Origin: Enoplolaimus lenunculus
Lineage: Eukaryota
Direction of reading: 5' to 3'
Assembly: GCA_030248215.1 (NCBI GenBank)
Contig: JASANG010003345.1
Span: 62,001 to 126,000, forward strand
Length of the DNA: 64,000 nt
Part shown: positions 39,584 through 51,746 of the stretch, piece by piece
How positions within the stretch are numbered: position 1 is the first letter of the stretch
Layout: every line of letters starts with the position of its first letter
Position numbers and translations under genes: made by a program
Notes under the pieces: model-generated
Databases searched by the model: none
Told to the model about the DNA's origin: nothing
What the model saw: only the letters and a program-made list of their open reading frames with translations

Positions 39584-40290
39584 TTAAGCAGGTTTTATAG
39601 GATAACAATATAAGGTAAATAAACTTTCTCGCTGGCTATGCTGGCCCTGGAATTTTTTAATGAAATTTGTACTCGTCCGTAATGAAATTATCGTTACGCC
39701 TCTGTATAGGATATTTTCTTACAGTGCATATTTTTTATAGGTTCTTTAGCACTGGGAATATTTGTACAAAAAATAATGCAGACATACGAGCTATTTGGCG
39801 AATAATGTAGGGTTCACGTTATATTTGGCGCAGCCCAGAACGTTTTTGTCCCATGTTGATTCGACGTCAACGCGAAAAATTGTGATATAAATAGGGAATA
39901 GCGGATGTATCGACAAAAAGTGAACATCATATGACATTGGCTTACAGACCACTCCTCTCAAGTGATTATTGCATACAAATAGCCATATATCACATGATGG
40001 CATGTGACATTTTTATGGGAATATTACATGATACTCAAAAATATCCGCAAAGTTACATGATGCTAAGCGGGACAGTGGAATATGTGCACTCTTATAATAT
40101 GCCAAGAAGGTAAAATATATATTGTCAATGATTTCGAACACTAAGCTTCTAAGTTTGTGTTTCTTCTCCTGGAACTACAGTTCTAACTGCAGATACATCA
40201 ATTACTAATTTTAGTATAAAATCATTGGTTCAGAATTTGATATTTCAGCGTTACGCGCAACTGGTCTACACTTCATCCCTTCAAATCTTT

Positions 40291-40480
40291 GGCCCATGTT
40301 TAGAACAGGGCCGGAACGTTTTCCGGCGGGACTGCAATCGAGTAAGCTTAAGCTTTTAGACTAATTTTTGTTTATTATTAGTCTAAGGCTTAGGCTTAAC
40401 TTTAGATATAGGCTAATTCTGGCGCTTAGGCTTAGGAATATGCTTATACTACTGTTCCGGCCCTGTTCTATACATTGGCC
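40291..40480. mobile_element. TTAGGC-core MITE, family A
   Basis: GGCCCATGTTTAGAACAGGGCCGGAAC / GTTCCGGCCCTGTTCTATACATTGGCC. Confidence 0.9.
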
Positions 40481-40855
40481 ATCACTTCAAACCTTTACGC
40501 TTAGGTTTACGTTTATTAAATTAAAAACTGTTAGCTAAGCCTAAGTCTAAGCCTAAAGTTTAAAGTATAACAGCGGGGAATGTGTACAAAAGTCGTAAAA
40601 TATTATAGTTTGTCACAAATACAACTGTTCCAACATTAGCGCCTAATGACTATATGATGAACCAACATACAAAGGTTTGTGGCATTTCATTTCACACAAA
40701 ACTTTCCTTCGTGGTCCGTCATCAATCACAGTAAAGGGAGGTCGCCCAGGCCTAAGCCCCTCCGACAAAAATCGAATCCAAAATTTTTCGTTAAACCATG
40801 GTACTAAAACGTTGCGTGCGGTTTCTCGTTTGCTTTGTTCGCGAGATGTTTTCAT

Positions 40856-41047
40856 GGTTCTTGTATAGAACAGGGCCGGAACGTTTTCCTGAAGGGTTGT
40901 AATAATGTCAAGTTAAGCTTTAGATTAACTTTTTTGCTTACGCTTTGGCTTAGGAATACGCTCATCCTTACACTTAGGCTTAGGCTTAAGCTTAAACTTA
41001 GGATTATGCTTAATGCGCTGTTCCGGCTATGTTCTATACATGGGGCC
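40856..41047. mobile_element. TTAGGC-core MITE, family A
   Basis: Family A TIRs; GTTTTCAT on both flanks (right copy offset by 3 nt). Confidence 0.85.
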
Positions 41048-42424
41048 GCAGTTTTCATTATATCTGGTTGCCTGCCCCATCAGAAGTTTCTAGATCTACC
41101 ACTGTCAGTCGTATCTTTAAATTGTTGGTAATTCGATACTTTTGACAGAATCCTAATTTCCAAAATAAAACTATATATAACTTATCTTTAAAACGCAGTT
41201 TAAATTTTCGTTGGCGGCGAAAATTGAAAGCGTCACTTATAGCCTGTTGTTGTCTATTATAGCTATTTTGAAAGTAAAACCCGAAATCTGGTTTAAACCA
41301 GCAATTAGGGCAAATATGTTGAGTCAACAAACTGAAACTCGATGCAAATATTTGTGTCAAACTTTTCAAAACACGACATATCGTACCAGTATTTAGCAAC
41401 ATTTTAACATTGAACAAAATTTTGCATAAGTTTGTTTTATTATTGAAATCTTTTCTACACAAAATGTACCCAGTTGCATACTCTTATCCTTATATCATGG
41501 ATATGTATTATCGACTTCCAATAACGTTATTGTGTTTTAATTGGACACTCAATTATAAATAACTTAACCGATTTATCACTGGCTTCGCTGGCGAATTTTC
41601 TTTGCTTTACCATTTTAACTCACAGAGTTGTACAGGCTTTTGACTGTTGATACATAGATGACAGAGCGACACTAATAAATTCTAATGTGTTTTTCTATAC
41701 TGATACACACCAATTTACGCTTAGGAATATGCTTATGCTACTGTAACGACCTTGATCTATACATTTATACAATAGCCATATCTCATTTATGTTAGGGTTT
41801 TTAGACTGAAACAATGCTTGAGAACAAACAGCAGTGCCGAAGCTCGCTAGGATGGCCCCCCCAAACATACGGGGCAGGGTTTCCTTGCGATGAACACAAT
41901 ATTTTTCAAAGTTTTACTTTGCAATCTTGTTAGGGTGGGGCGCCCTGTATTGGGTGGGTACCCAACAAATGGGGGTATGGAGGGTGGATGCGCCGGCCCT
42001 GACAAAGAGGGACTGATGTTGGCCCCGTTCGAAACCGTTAGGGTTGTGTTATACTCGCCGACGCACAGCGTATCACCACCGCACGCCGGCTCGTATTAAC
42101 AACTTCGAAGTTATTCGGCTCTTGTACAAATTCCCACATATTCAGCCTGAGGTTCACGAAACGGATTTGAAAAATGCCTAAGCCTTTGCTTAAGGCCTCA
42201 GCGTTAGTTACCCTCACAGTTGGAGGAAAGTATGCAAGAGCCGATTATTTAATACAGTAATGCAATTTCTTCTCAAAAGTGAATTGTATTATGGTAGATG
42301 CGATTGTTGCAAATAAGCGATAGCGCACTACAGTCGCTAATTAAGTATGTAAATGAGTGCATTTTAAATCTGTTTTTAAAAATATAATTAATTTGAATTT
42401 CGAGTTATTGTATTGCAACGAAAA

Positions 42425-45082
42425 ATGTCAATCTGTCTCAGCTCTCTTCCGACTCAACGGTCATCGGGTCGTTTGCTTGACGTTCCTTGCGAAGTTTGTG
42501 GTGACCGCAGCTCCGGCAAGCATTATGGCGTTTTTGCGTGTGATGGTAGTATTTTCATAAATATCGTATTTTTCAAAAATTCAAATTTAAGTGTGGAATG
42601 ATCAGACAGTAGATACAGATATTATAACAGTCCTGAGAACGTAAAGAAATAACCATTAGACGTTTGATTCTTTATGTTAAATATCGTATTTTTCAAAAAT
42701 TCAAATTTGAGTGTGGAATGATCAGACAGTAGAACAGTCCAGAGAACGGAAAGAAATAACCTTTAGACGTTTAATTCTTTATGTTCGCAACTTTCGTAAT
42801 AATTTGTGTGCACACGAGCGCGAAACAAAAATTAATCGTAATGTCACAGTGCCAACAACGTGTGCCAGGTCCGATTTTAAGTTAAAGTCACAATTTTACT
42901 TACGTTTTACAGATTTGAGTCAAGTCAAAACTCTGATATCGACTTTAAAGTCGTAACTTTTACACTGATTGTCGAGGTTGCAGATTTTGCGACACCGTTG
43001 ACTTTTAAAAATACATCTATTGGCCTATGTATAGAACAGGGCCGCAACAGTAGTATAGCCATATTCCAAAGCCTAAGCCTAAGCCAAAGCGTATGGATGA
43101 GCCGATTCCTAAGCCTAAGACTATACCTAAGCCTAAGCCTAAACCTAAACCTAAGACTATACCTAAGCCTAAGCCTAAACTTAAGCAAAAATTAGTCTAA
43201 AACTTAAACTGACTCCATTATAGCCCATCCGGAAAATGATCTGACCCAGTTCTGTACATAGGCTCACCTATTTTTGGCTTAAGTCAAAAATTGAATTAAA
43301 TTAAAATAAAAATGGCCTTGAAACTTAAAATTTAAACGAATTGGCTCGCGTTGATGCTTTGTTTTTGCCTACTTTAATGCCTTGTGACAGGTATTGCGTT
43401 ACCCTTAAGCAATCTCTTGATCATCCCAAGTTCAAATTCAACTGAACATGTAAACGATAGATTTAAGTCCAGGATCTTGGTGTCTGGGTTGTCACACGAC
43501 TCTTCTAGAAAAATTAATTGGTAACACCAAGAGTGGATAATCCCTTAAACAACAGTATGTAAAACGCCTTGTTTTGCATTGAACTAAATCTACCAGCACT
43601 CGTTGCGTTTTGGTCCTACCCCCTAATTTTAGGGGGGGGGTCAATTTTACGTTCATTTTACACGTGTATCCGCCAGCCAACACCGAAAATATAATCGGAC
43701 CACATTTTAGTATATACAATAGCACATGAATTTCAACATCGATGGAGATTTTGACCCCCCCCCCAAATACGAGGGGTAAGCTAAAAATGCAACGCGCGCT
43801 GGGTACATTTTTTCTACATAGAATGTACCCAGTTGCATACTCTTGTTAAAGAGTATCATGCACTCTTGGTACCACTTACACTCCTGATGCTCATCAGAAC
43901 TAAAAGTTTTGTGTTTGAATTTTTTAAAACATTTAACGAAAAACGCTGGCATGTCTTTCGCTCTCGATTGCAAGGTTTCTAATCTACTCTGCCTCCGTTT
44001 TGACCTTTTAGTTGAACCTTACACAAATCGAATTTTTACCAAACTGGACCAATTTGACACTGCTCCGACCCTGATTGGTCCCACGTCCCAGGAGTATCTG
44101 TAGTTGTACCATTATATTATTCTGTCAGGATGTTCCGGATTTTTCAAGCGATCTATTCATAAACAACGTCAGTACGTGTGCCGAGCTGCTGGTGATCGCA
44201 AAGGCAACTGTCCTGTTGACAAAACACATCGAAATCAGTGTCGTGCGTGCCGACTGACGCGATGTTTCGATGTTAACATGAACAAAGACGGTAAAATTTC
44301 AAAAAAAATAAACATTTTTTTATCAAAGAGTATACTATGAGCAACTAAAGCACAAACTACAAACTGTCCACTACAATATGTCAAAGGTCCATCGGAATTG
44401 GCGGTAAGCTCTTATTGTCGAGCGATAAATTTTGATCGCCTTCCGGACGAGATTATACAGCACAAATCCTACTTAATCGATACTCTATCTTTCAAATTTG
44501 AAAATGAAACAAAATTAAAATGTTTAATACGAAGGAAAGTCGGTGGAGCAAATTTTTCTGTTTGTTTAGATTTCTTTGCCAATGGCCAAAATAGGGAAAT
44601 TATAAACTGCGCTGTCGACGGTTACGTTTATTAGTTTCAGCGGTTCAACATGAACGTGGTCCACGAAAACCGAAGCCCCCATTCAGAATTAGCCGATACT
44701 ACTGCGACGCAAGTCAAAAACCAACATTTAAATGGCATTCAACGACACGAATAGCGACTCCGAAGCGTCGGCGAAAAGCACCCCTGCTATGCTCAGAGTA
44801 CCACCCTGCAACGCCTCCTGGCTGTTGCACTGACCAAGTCTCTCCGATCGAAGTCATGTCATCACAATTTCAAGTCCGTCACATTTTGTTGTTATTGTTC
44901 GAAATTCAAAACTATGTAAAAGAAAACTGTGAAATTGTAGATATACGCCAAGAAGTCATAGCTTTCACTGCTTTGCCGCCAGCGGCCAACGTAAAGAGTT
45001 CGCCACCGAAGCGCAACAACTACAATAAGAATTATAATAATACTACTACTACTACTACTAATAATAATAACAGCAGCAGCAG

Positions 45083-45113
<31 letters not shown>

Positions 45114-45683
45114 AACAACAACAACAACAGCCACAACAACAACAACCACAACAACAACAACCACCACCACAACAACAACAACAACAACAACCACAGCAAC
45201 AACAACAACAACAACAACAACCACAACAACAACAACCACAACAACAACAACAACAACAACAACAGCAACAAAGACAACAACAATAACAACAATAACAAAA
45301 ACAACAACAACTCAAAGATTGTTCAAGAGCTCAGAAACGTGATTCAGTGGATCGTGGAAACAAAACGGAAACATCTGGGTATAACGGAAGTAACTACGAA
45401 GACTTCAAAGGTCACCGACTTGGTTCCAGAGGCTGATAATGGACAATTTTCGGAGTGGATTGCAAGAGAACACGTATTGCTGGAAGGGTTGACAAACGAA
45501 GACAAGTGCAAAAGTTTGGAAGATTCTGTTGGTGGCCCAACCGGACATGAATTTGGTCCTATCGGTGACAACTGCAATACTCTACTGCAAGCAAAATGGT
45601 TTAAATTTGTATTAAATGTTGCTTCTCAAACGTTGCTTTGGTTTCGCAAGTTCTACGAAGTATTTCGAGATAACATCGATAAT
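42425..45683 (+). CDS. dsf: NR2E nuclear hormone receptor, dissatisfaction-like; DNA-binding domain plus Asn-rich hinge
   Basis: Exons 42425-42545, 44129-44290, 44641-45683 splice in phase to [98 protein letters not shown]-box and VQHERGPR T-box define NR2E; RSIH, the 9-residue D-box and RGPRKPK match recalled Drosophila Dsf. Start codon and 3' end of exon 3 are less certain. Confidence 0.85.
42558..42785. repeat. 120-bp tandem duplication in dsf-like intron 1
   Basis: Units start at 42558 and 42678 (TAAATATCGTATTTTTCAAAAATTCAAATTT); second unit has a 12-bp deletion. Confidence 0.9.
43022..43264. mobile_element. TTAGGC-core MITE, family A
   Basis: Family A TIRs; TSD CATCTATT/CACCTATT. Confidence 0.85.
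45015..45311 (+). repeat. Interrupted (AAC)n tract, in frame as poly-Asn within dsf-like exon 3
   Basis: AAC/AAT/ACT/AGC/CAC triplets with no frameshift over about 99 codons. Confidence 0.95.
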
Positions 45684-45953
45684 GTAAGCTTAGGGGCTGC
45701 AGGGTTCTATGCGTGTGAATGGTATTAGCCACAACGAAAATTAACAGGAATGACGGCTGCCGCTATTTCCGAACTAAAGCTAACAATACACCAGCGAGTA
45801 ACCGGATATTCGTTTCCGGTAAAAATTCGTGTTGGTTTCTGTTTTCGAAATTGAAAAACCGGAATATCGTGGCTAAATCGCATAAATCATTCAAAATCGA
45901 ATAAAATTTGAACATATCCGCAATTTTTTGTCGAAATTTTAATAATCCCCCTT

Positions 45954-46167
45954 GGCCAATGTAAAGAACAGGAGCGGAACAGCGTTATAAGCATACTCCT
46001 AAGACTAAGCGTAAGCCTAAACCAAAACCTAATCGTAAGAATGAGCATATTTATAAGCCAAAGCCTAAGCCTAAGCCTAAGACAAGCAAAACCATTAGTC
46101 TACTGCGTAAGTTTACTCTATTGCAATCCCAGAGAAAAACGTTCCGCTCCTGATCGTTACACGGGCC
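45954..46167. mobile_element. TTAGGC-core MITE, family A
   Basis: GGCCAATGTAAAGAACAGGAGCGGAAC / GTTCCGCTCCTGATCGTTACACGGGCC; no clear TSD. Confidence 0.85.
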
Positions 46168-46311
46168 ACACCCAAAGCACTGTCTTGATATTTTATGAAA
46201 ATATGCAAATGTACGTTTAAACTGCAAAACTCGGTAAAATTTCAGAACCATTACGAGATGATATTTGTCAAACCGTTGTTCAATTTTTTATATAACACGG
46301 AATCATTGCAG

Positions 46312-47885
46312 CGAATTGGCTCGCAATGCGCTAATGGCCATAACGAAATGTTAGAAGAAGTTATGTTCGTTGGAGTGTTATTAACGAATGCTTGTAAGTT
46401 ATAGCGATTCGTCTAAACGGCTCTTTAGCCATCGTACCATGTTTAGAATGACCCAAAATATTTCGGAAGGAACCATAGGTGAAAAAGTTTTATATATTGT
46501 AGGGCCTAAGTTTGCAAGCGTAAAGGTTAGCCTTGTGTACAATTAGGGAAGCGCTAACTTTACTTGGGGATTAAGCCCGCTGGCTTGTGCCTGTTCAGTG
46601 TTTGCTTGTAGGTGTGACTTTCGAGTTTAGAAAGCCATTTGCTTATGAATTTAAGTGTGGCAGACATAACTTTCGCGTTTTGATTTGAAGTAGGTATTGT
46701 ATAACGACAGTGCTAATTTGAGCCGACGTAATATTTTTGTTTTGTGAGCGAAACGAGACTGTTATCCCGGGGCGGTAATTCGCATTTTGGTTCTAAAACT
46801 GTAAGCTGTTAATTAGGTAAAGACCAATTTGCATAATTGGCTAAGCTTAAATCTAAACTTTTACACTATTTCACTAATTATTAAGGTTACAAGCGATCCG
46901 ATTTCAGTACTAAAAGGTTTTTGGGTCTGAGAAATTTGTATGTAAGGTTTACAAATGCGAAAAACACATAAATCATAGCTAGCTATTAGCAAAGTTGCAC
47001 ATTGGCTATGCCAACCGTAGCAGTTAATTTGGCAATTGTTATACAAGCGTTTGTCCTCCGTTGACTTGATAGGGTTTAGGTTACATATCGTCCTTATATG
47101 TGGATCTGAGTTGCGCTCAATGCCTGTGTTCCAACCAGACTGGTAATTATCCACTTGCAGTTCTTTTTATCTACACTGTTTACGTTTACAGCTCCCGAAA
47201 CTTCCGGTAGGGATGATACTTTTTGAGTTTTAAAATATTTCAGTTAAGCGTGCTTAGCAAATAATATTGCAACATTAATTCTGTTGCTCAAGGCAAAAAC
47301 ATTGTCTTAAACTCGTGTTGTTTCCGTGTTCTTAGTGATTTTTACTCAATTTCGCTAGAAAAGACATTGAAAGTCAACAGATTTAGTCCGATTACGCTGG
47401 TGTGGAGATTTATACACCCATTCGTCGTCTACCAACCGTCATCTTTGAGCTGTACACTTTAGATACAACAAGTGCCCATGTAAAAATCAGGGGCCGAGAG
47501 AATTTCTGTGGGACTAGAATACAGTAAGTTTAAGCTTTAGATTAATTTTTTTTTCTCATCTTAGACCAAGGTTTTCTAACATGCTCATCTTACGCTTAGG
47601 TTAGGCTTAGGATTTTCTTTATTCTTTCCCCCCCTTTCTTTACTTCCATAACAAGCATTTTAAATTTATTCTTTTCAAATAATGTTACACTTAAGTTTAT
47701 AAACCAGATACAAATAATTAACCAATTAAAACCAGAAAAAATTATAATTTTTTAAAATTTCTATTACAGACAATCTTGGCTACGAACGTGATTTATTGCT
47801 ATCTGCGTGGCACGAGCAACCTGGCAACACAAACACAAAACATTTCATTGAATATGTGTTTAAGACTGAAAAATTAAACAATTAG
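46312..47885 (+). CDS. Tentative last two exons of the dsf-like gene
   Basis: TTGCAG|46312-46393|GTAAGT (phase 0 to 1, RIGSQCANGHNEMLEEVMFVGVLLTNA) then TTACAG|47770-47885 (YNLGYERDLLLSAWHEQ..KHFIEYVFKTEKLNN stop). Phases fit the donor at 45684; protein similarity is weak. Confidence 0.4.
47473..47646. mobile_element. Degenerate family A MITE
   Basis: GCCCATGTAAAAATCAGGGG..TTCTGTGGGACTAGAA..AAGCTTTAGA motifs. Confidence 0.7.
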
Positions 47886-48251
47886 AAAAAAATGATATCA
47901 CAAGAATTCGTCGCGAGAAAATACGTCAACAGACTGCCTGTAATCCAAAATTTCCGTTGTCTCAACAATTTGTCGCCCATCATTATATATGATTATAACT
48001 TTGACTCATAATTATGCTTAAAGTTATGCATAGATTTAGGTTTAGACTTAGGACATAGTCTGGGCACCAGCTGATCTTAATTGCAACTAAGTTTTTAGAT
48101 TAGGAAATAACCCGAGTATAAAACAATTAGCTTCAACGTTTTGAGCTTATGCCATTGTTAAGCATAAATGCGTACGTCCATATGTCTTTTCGTATTCTGT
48201 GGAATTCTTTTAACAAATGGGCAGGGTACCAACGGTTTTGTGGTATTGACT

Positions 48252-49077
48252 TAGTGTTACGCTATACTTTCGGTGGATCGGATCGGTTCGATACGGCTGT
48301 GGATCGGATTGGTTCGATCCGGCTGTGGATGAGATTGGTTTGATCAGGCTGTGGATCGGATCCGCCCGATAAGGCTGTAGATCGGATCGAATCAGATCGA
48401 ATGGATAACGAAAATTCCAGATCGAACCGCGGCGTAAATTATTTTCAATCCGAATGGATCCAACCACACTATTAATATTAGCACAAATGTCGAAAACATG
48501 TTTACCGTAAGCTTGGTGATTTCAAAAGCCTAATCTGCATAATATATCATTTTTGAGCTCCTTTAGGCTATGTTTAAATAGAAAATATTTAGAAGAGCAT
48601 TTAAGCTAATTTACCTAGAGATTATATTGCAAAATAATGTGAAAATATCAAAATATCAAAAAAAATTTTATCTTTAAGACATAAATAAATCCTACGCAAA
48701 TAGTCTCAATGATAAATACTGTAGCATATAGAGAGCACTCGGTTAAGCTTAATCTTACTAGACAAAAGAGGTAAAATTTTGACTCACGCTAGCGGTCATA
48801 ACCTTTCTACTTTTGTTTCAAGATCTGTTATACGCGATAGGTTCAAGACTGCCATCATCAATATTTAATTTACTCCGAAACGGTATTGAAGTTGGAATTC
48901 AATTTTCTCACCAAAACTGAAATCGGAAATTTGAATTTAAGCCTTTGCTGATTTGCCTATAGTTCATAGATTTAAAGAATTTTGCTAATCCGTTCTATTC
49001 TTCGTCAAATCTCATCCACAGCCGGATCGAACCGTTCCGATCCACAGCCGGATCGAATCGGTCCGAACGATGACACT
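48252..49077. repeat. Inverted pair of 22-bp GGCTGTGGATCGGA..GGTTCGATCC repeat arrays
   Basis: Array at 48272-48400 and reverse-complement array at about 49008-49077. Confidence 0.75.
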
Positions 49078-49253
49078 CACAACTTCCATACAACGAGCAG
49101 CATTTGTCTCATATTTAACCCTACCACATTAAACATTTGTTGTATAGGCATGTATTAACCAGGTTTTCATTTCAGGAGAGAGTAATTACGTTTGAGAGTT
49201 CTTTGAAATCGAGCGAGAATAATTTTTTGACCTCTGCAGGTTATTGTACATGC

Positions 49254-49456
49254 GGCCAATGATACTTTAAATGGCGTAACAGTAGATTAAGCGTATTTTT
49301 AAGCCTAAGCCTAAGCCGTAGTGTTGCGAAAATGTGTTCCTAAGCCTGAGCCTAAGCCTTAGCCTAAGCTTAAGCCAAAAAATGTAATCTAGTATCTAAA
49401 CCTACTCTTTTATGGACCCACCAGAAACCTGGACGCCCCTTAAGGTAACATGGGCA
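49254..49456. mobile_element. TTAGGC-core MITE, family B
   Basis: Family B TIRs; perfect TSD GTACATGC. Confidence 0.9.
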
Positions 49457-51557
49457 GTACATGCTGCATAGGTGCCTTTTTGAGCTATCCCATATATTTT
49501 AGGGTCGTATATTGACAGTTTCCTAAACACAAGCTCAAGCCAAAACCTAAACTTAATCCTTAGACTAAAGGTTCAAGCCTACGCCAAAATGCTCGCTTAA
49601 GAAATAACCCTAAGCCCAGGTTATGTCAATATATGAAAATGTTAAAAAATTGTTGAGGGTAAGTGTACAAGAGCCTTTCTAAATAATTGGTAATAAGTTG
49701 CCAGTGGGGAAACTTACTCGTCAGATAACTTTACGGGATACAATTTAGGACGAATAGAAATCTTCCGAAATTTCTGGAAAAGCTGGTGAAAACGTTTTGT
49801 TTGCATGAATAAGCTCGGGTCGGGTAAATATATCCTTATCCGCATTCCATTCTAGTTTCGACATAAACCATTTTTCGCTCACTACGCAGCCTTGTACAAG
49901 TCTATCGTTTAACCTGTATTCCCCGACAAATCCATAAAAATCCAAAAATTTGTGCTCGAATGTTAAATAATTCGGTCCGCCGTATTTGAATTTTATATCA
50001 AATTTTTCATGCTCCCTTGACTTTTTACCGCCCCCCCCTGAAAGATATTATAGTCCACGACGAGTTCGGCTGCCAACTTTCCAGTTCAGAGAATAGTTGG
50101 ATATTTTAACTTTTCACGAGCTACTAAAGATCAATAATTTTTTAAGTTAAGTTGATTAAAAGTTGTTAATACGTATAAATCGACCAACGGTTCACTCTAT
50201 AGTGTTTTGATACACGTTCAAAAAACAGTCTAATGAGAGTAAACGGTTTGGTATGCCGTTTTACGGAATTCAGCAGGCTTTTCAACGAGGATATATTCAA
50301 TATGAATGGTACCTATTGGGTCGAACCGAGTATTTTCACACGGTTGCTTGCATTTACACACTAAAATCAACAATAATTTTATAATCACTGATCAGAGTTG
50401 GGCATTGTGTGTCATAGTCGGTATCAAGAACTTAAGAGCAGTCAAATCGGTTTGATGGACAAAAGATATTGGACCGGTTACTCGGGTTACGGTAGACGCG
50501 GTAGGATAATGAGTGGCAATTGCAACCACGTCCGCATGGTTCATGCTAAATGCAACCTTTTGCATGTTTATGCAGATTATTCTATATTATGAGATAGTGA
50601 GTTTAAACATACAAATTTGGTGAACAAACTTAACTCAGAAGGGCCAAAAATAGGAATAGCGTTGCTTGGGAAGTCATGGAACCGCAAACTGAGGGGCACT
50701 TCTTATGAAACTAAGATGTAAGCTCTAGTTTTTTTACACAAATTCTGCAACACATTTTTATTGACGATAAGCAACCGAAAAATCAAGAAAACTAAGTTAC
50801 AATTCTAAATATTCAATATAGAAGCATTGTAAAATGTGTGCCACAAAAATTTTAGTCATTTTGAAAGTGACGACCTCCAAGCTGTATCAAAACCAATATG
50901 AGACCTTACCATTCTTAACATTTAATTTTCCTTGCATAAGCTATTAGCTATGTCTTTAATATTGTAATCGCTACAAACACCGTTATTTTTGTTTCAGCTT
51001 TATCACCAGGCCGAAACGTTTGGCACACACAGGAGTTGATATAGCTTCGTTTGGGTAGTATCATAGAAGTGGCAGGCTAGACACTCATAGAGTATCATGA
51101 AAAAAAATTTAAGAAAATTTCCAATCCCGCAGTGTTTATTTTTTGAGAGCACATATCACAACAGTATGGAGTCCCAAGGAAGGACATGTGTTCATGGAGG
51201 CTCACAAAATCTACATACCCGGCTCAAATTACTGAATAAATGACAATATATAGGCAGTTTTATTTTCCTTTAGAATTAACCAAAATTATACTATTTGTGT
51301 CGTAAAGAATATTCTTGCTCGCTATGCTCGCTCACAAGAACTTGAAGTTCAATCCGAGTTACGTTTCCGAAGCAATAACACAATTTTCGATACGATTAAT
51401 CCCTCCTGAAATAAAATCATAGCAACTCTTGTGTATTTTCATCTTTCATTGTCCGGCTCACTGGGTCTTTTTCTGGTCTGCTCGAGCTAAAGACGCAACA
51501 CGCAGTTGCAACTGTGCGTATACAAGGCGAATACGAAAATATATCCTTCGTAAATTC

Positions 51558-51746
51558 GGCCCATGTAAAGATCAGGGGCGGAACGTTTTTCTGTGGGACT
51601 AGAAAAGAGTAAGCTTAAGCTTTAGACTATTTTTTTGCTTGGCTTACGCTTAAGCTTAGGCTTACGCTTAGGCTTAGGCTTAGGCTCAGGCTTAGGCTTA
51701 GGAATATGTTTATAATACTGTTCCGCCCCAGTTCTTTACATTGGCC
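51558..51746. mobile_element. TTAGGC-core MITE, family A
   Basis: GGCCCATGTAAAGATCAGGGGCGGAAC / GTTCCGCCCCAGTTCTTTACATTGGCC; about 10 near-perfect TTAGGC units; no clear TSD. Confidence 0.9.

Noticed and set aside
43822..43847. AATGTACCCAGTTGCATACTCTT motif (also near 30873 and 41463) as a regulatory element
   Set aside because: More simply the conserved end of another dispersed repeat; its family and boundaries could not be determined.
42425..44680. Assignment as nhr-67/tailless or fax-1
   Set aside because: P-box CDGCSG with RSIH, the 9-residue D-box and RGPRKPK fit Dsf better by recalled sequences; a phylogeny is still needed.
44892..45315. Poly-Val, poly-Leu and poly-Cys ORFs
   Set aside because: Antisense translations of the AAC tract.
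49700..50600. Short protein-like frames here and near 9500-10000, 54640-55030 and 60970-61140
   Set aside because: No consistent exon chain or recognisable motif could be built.
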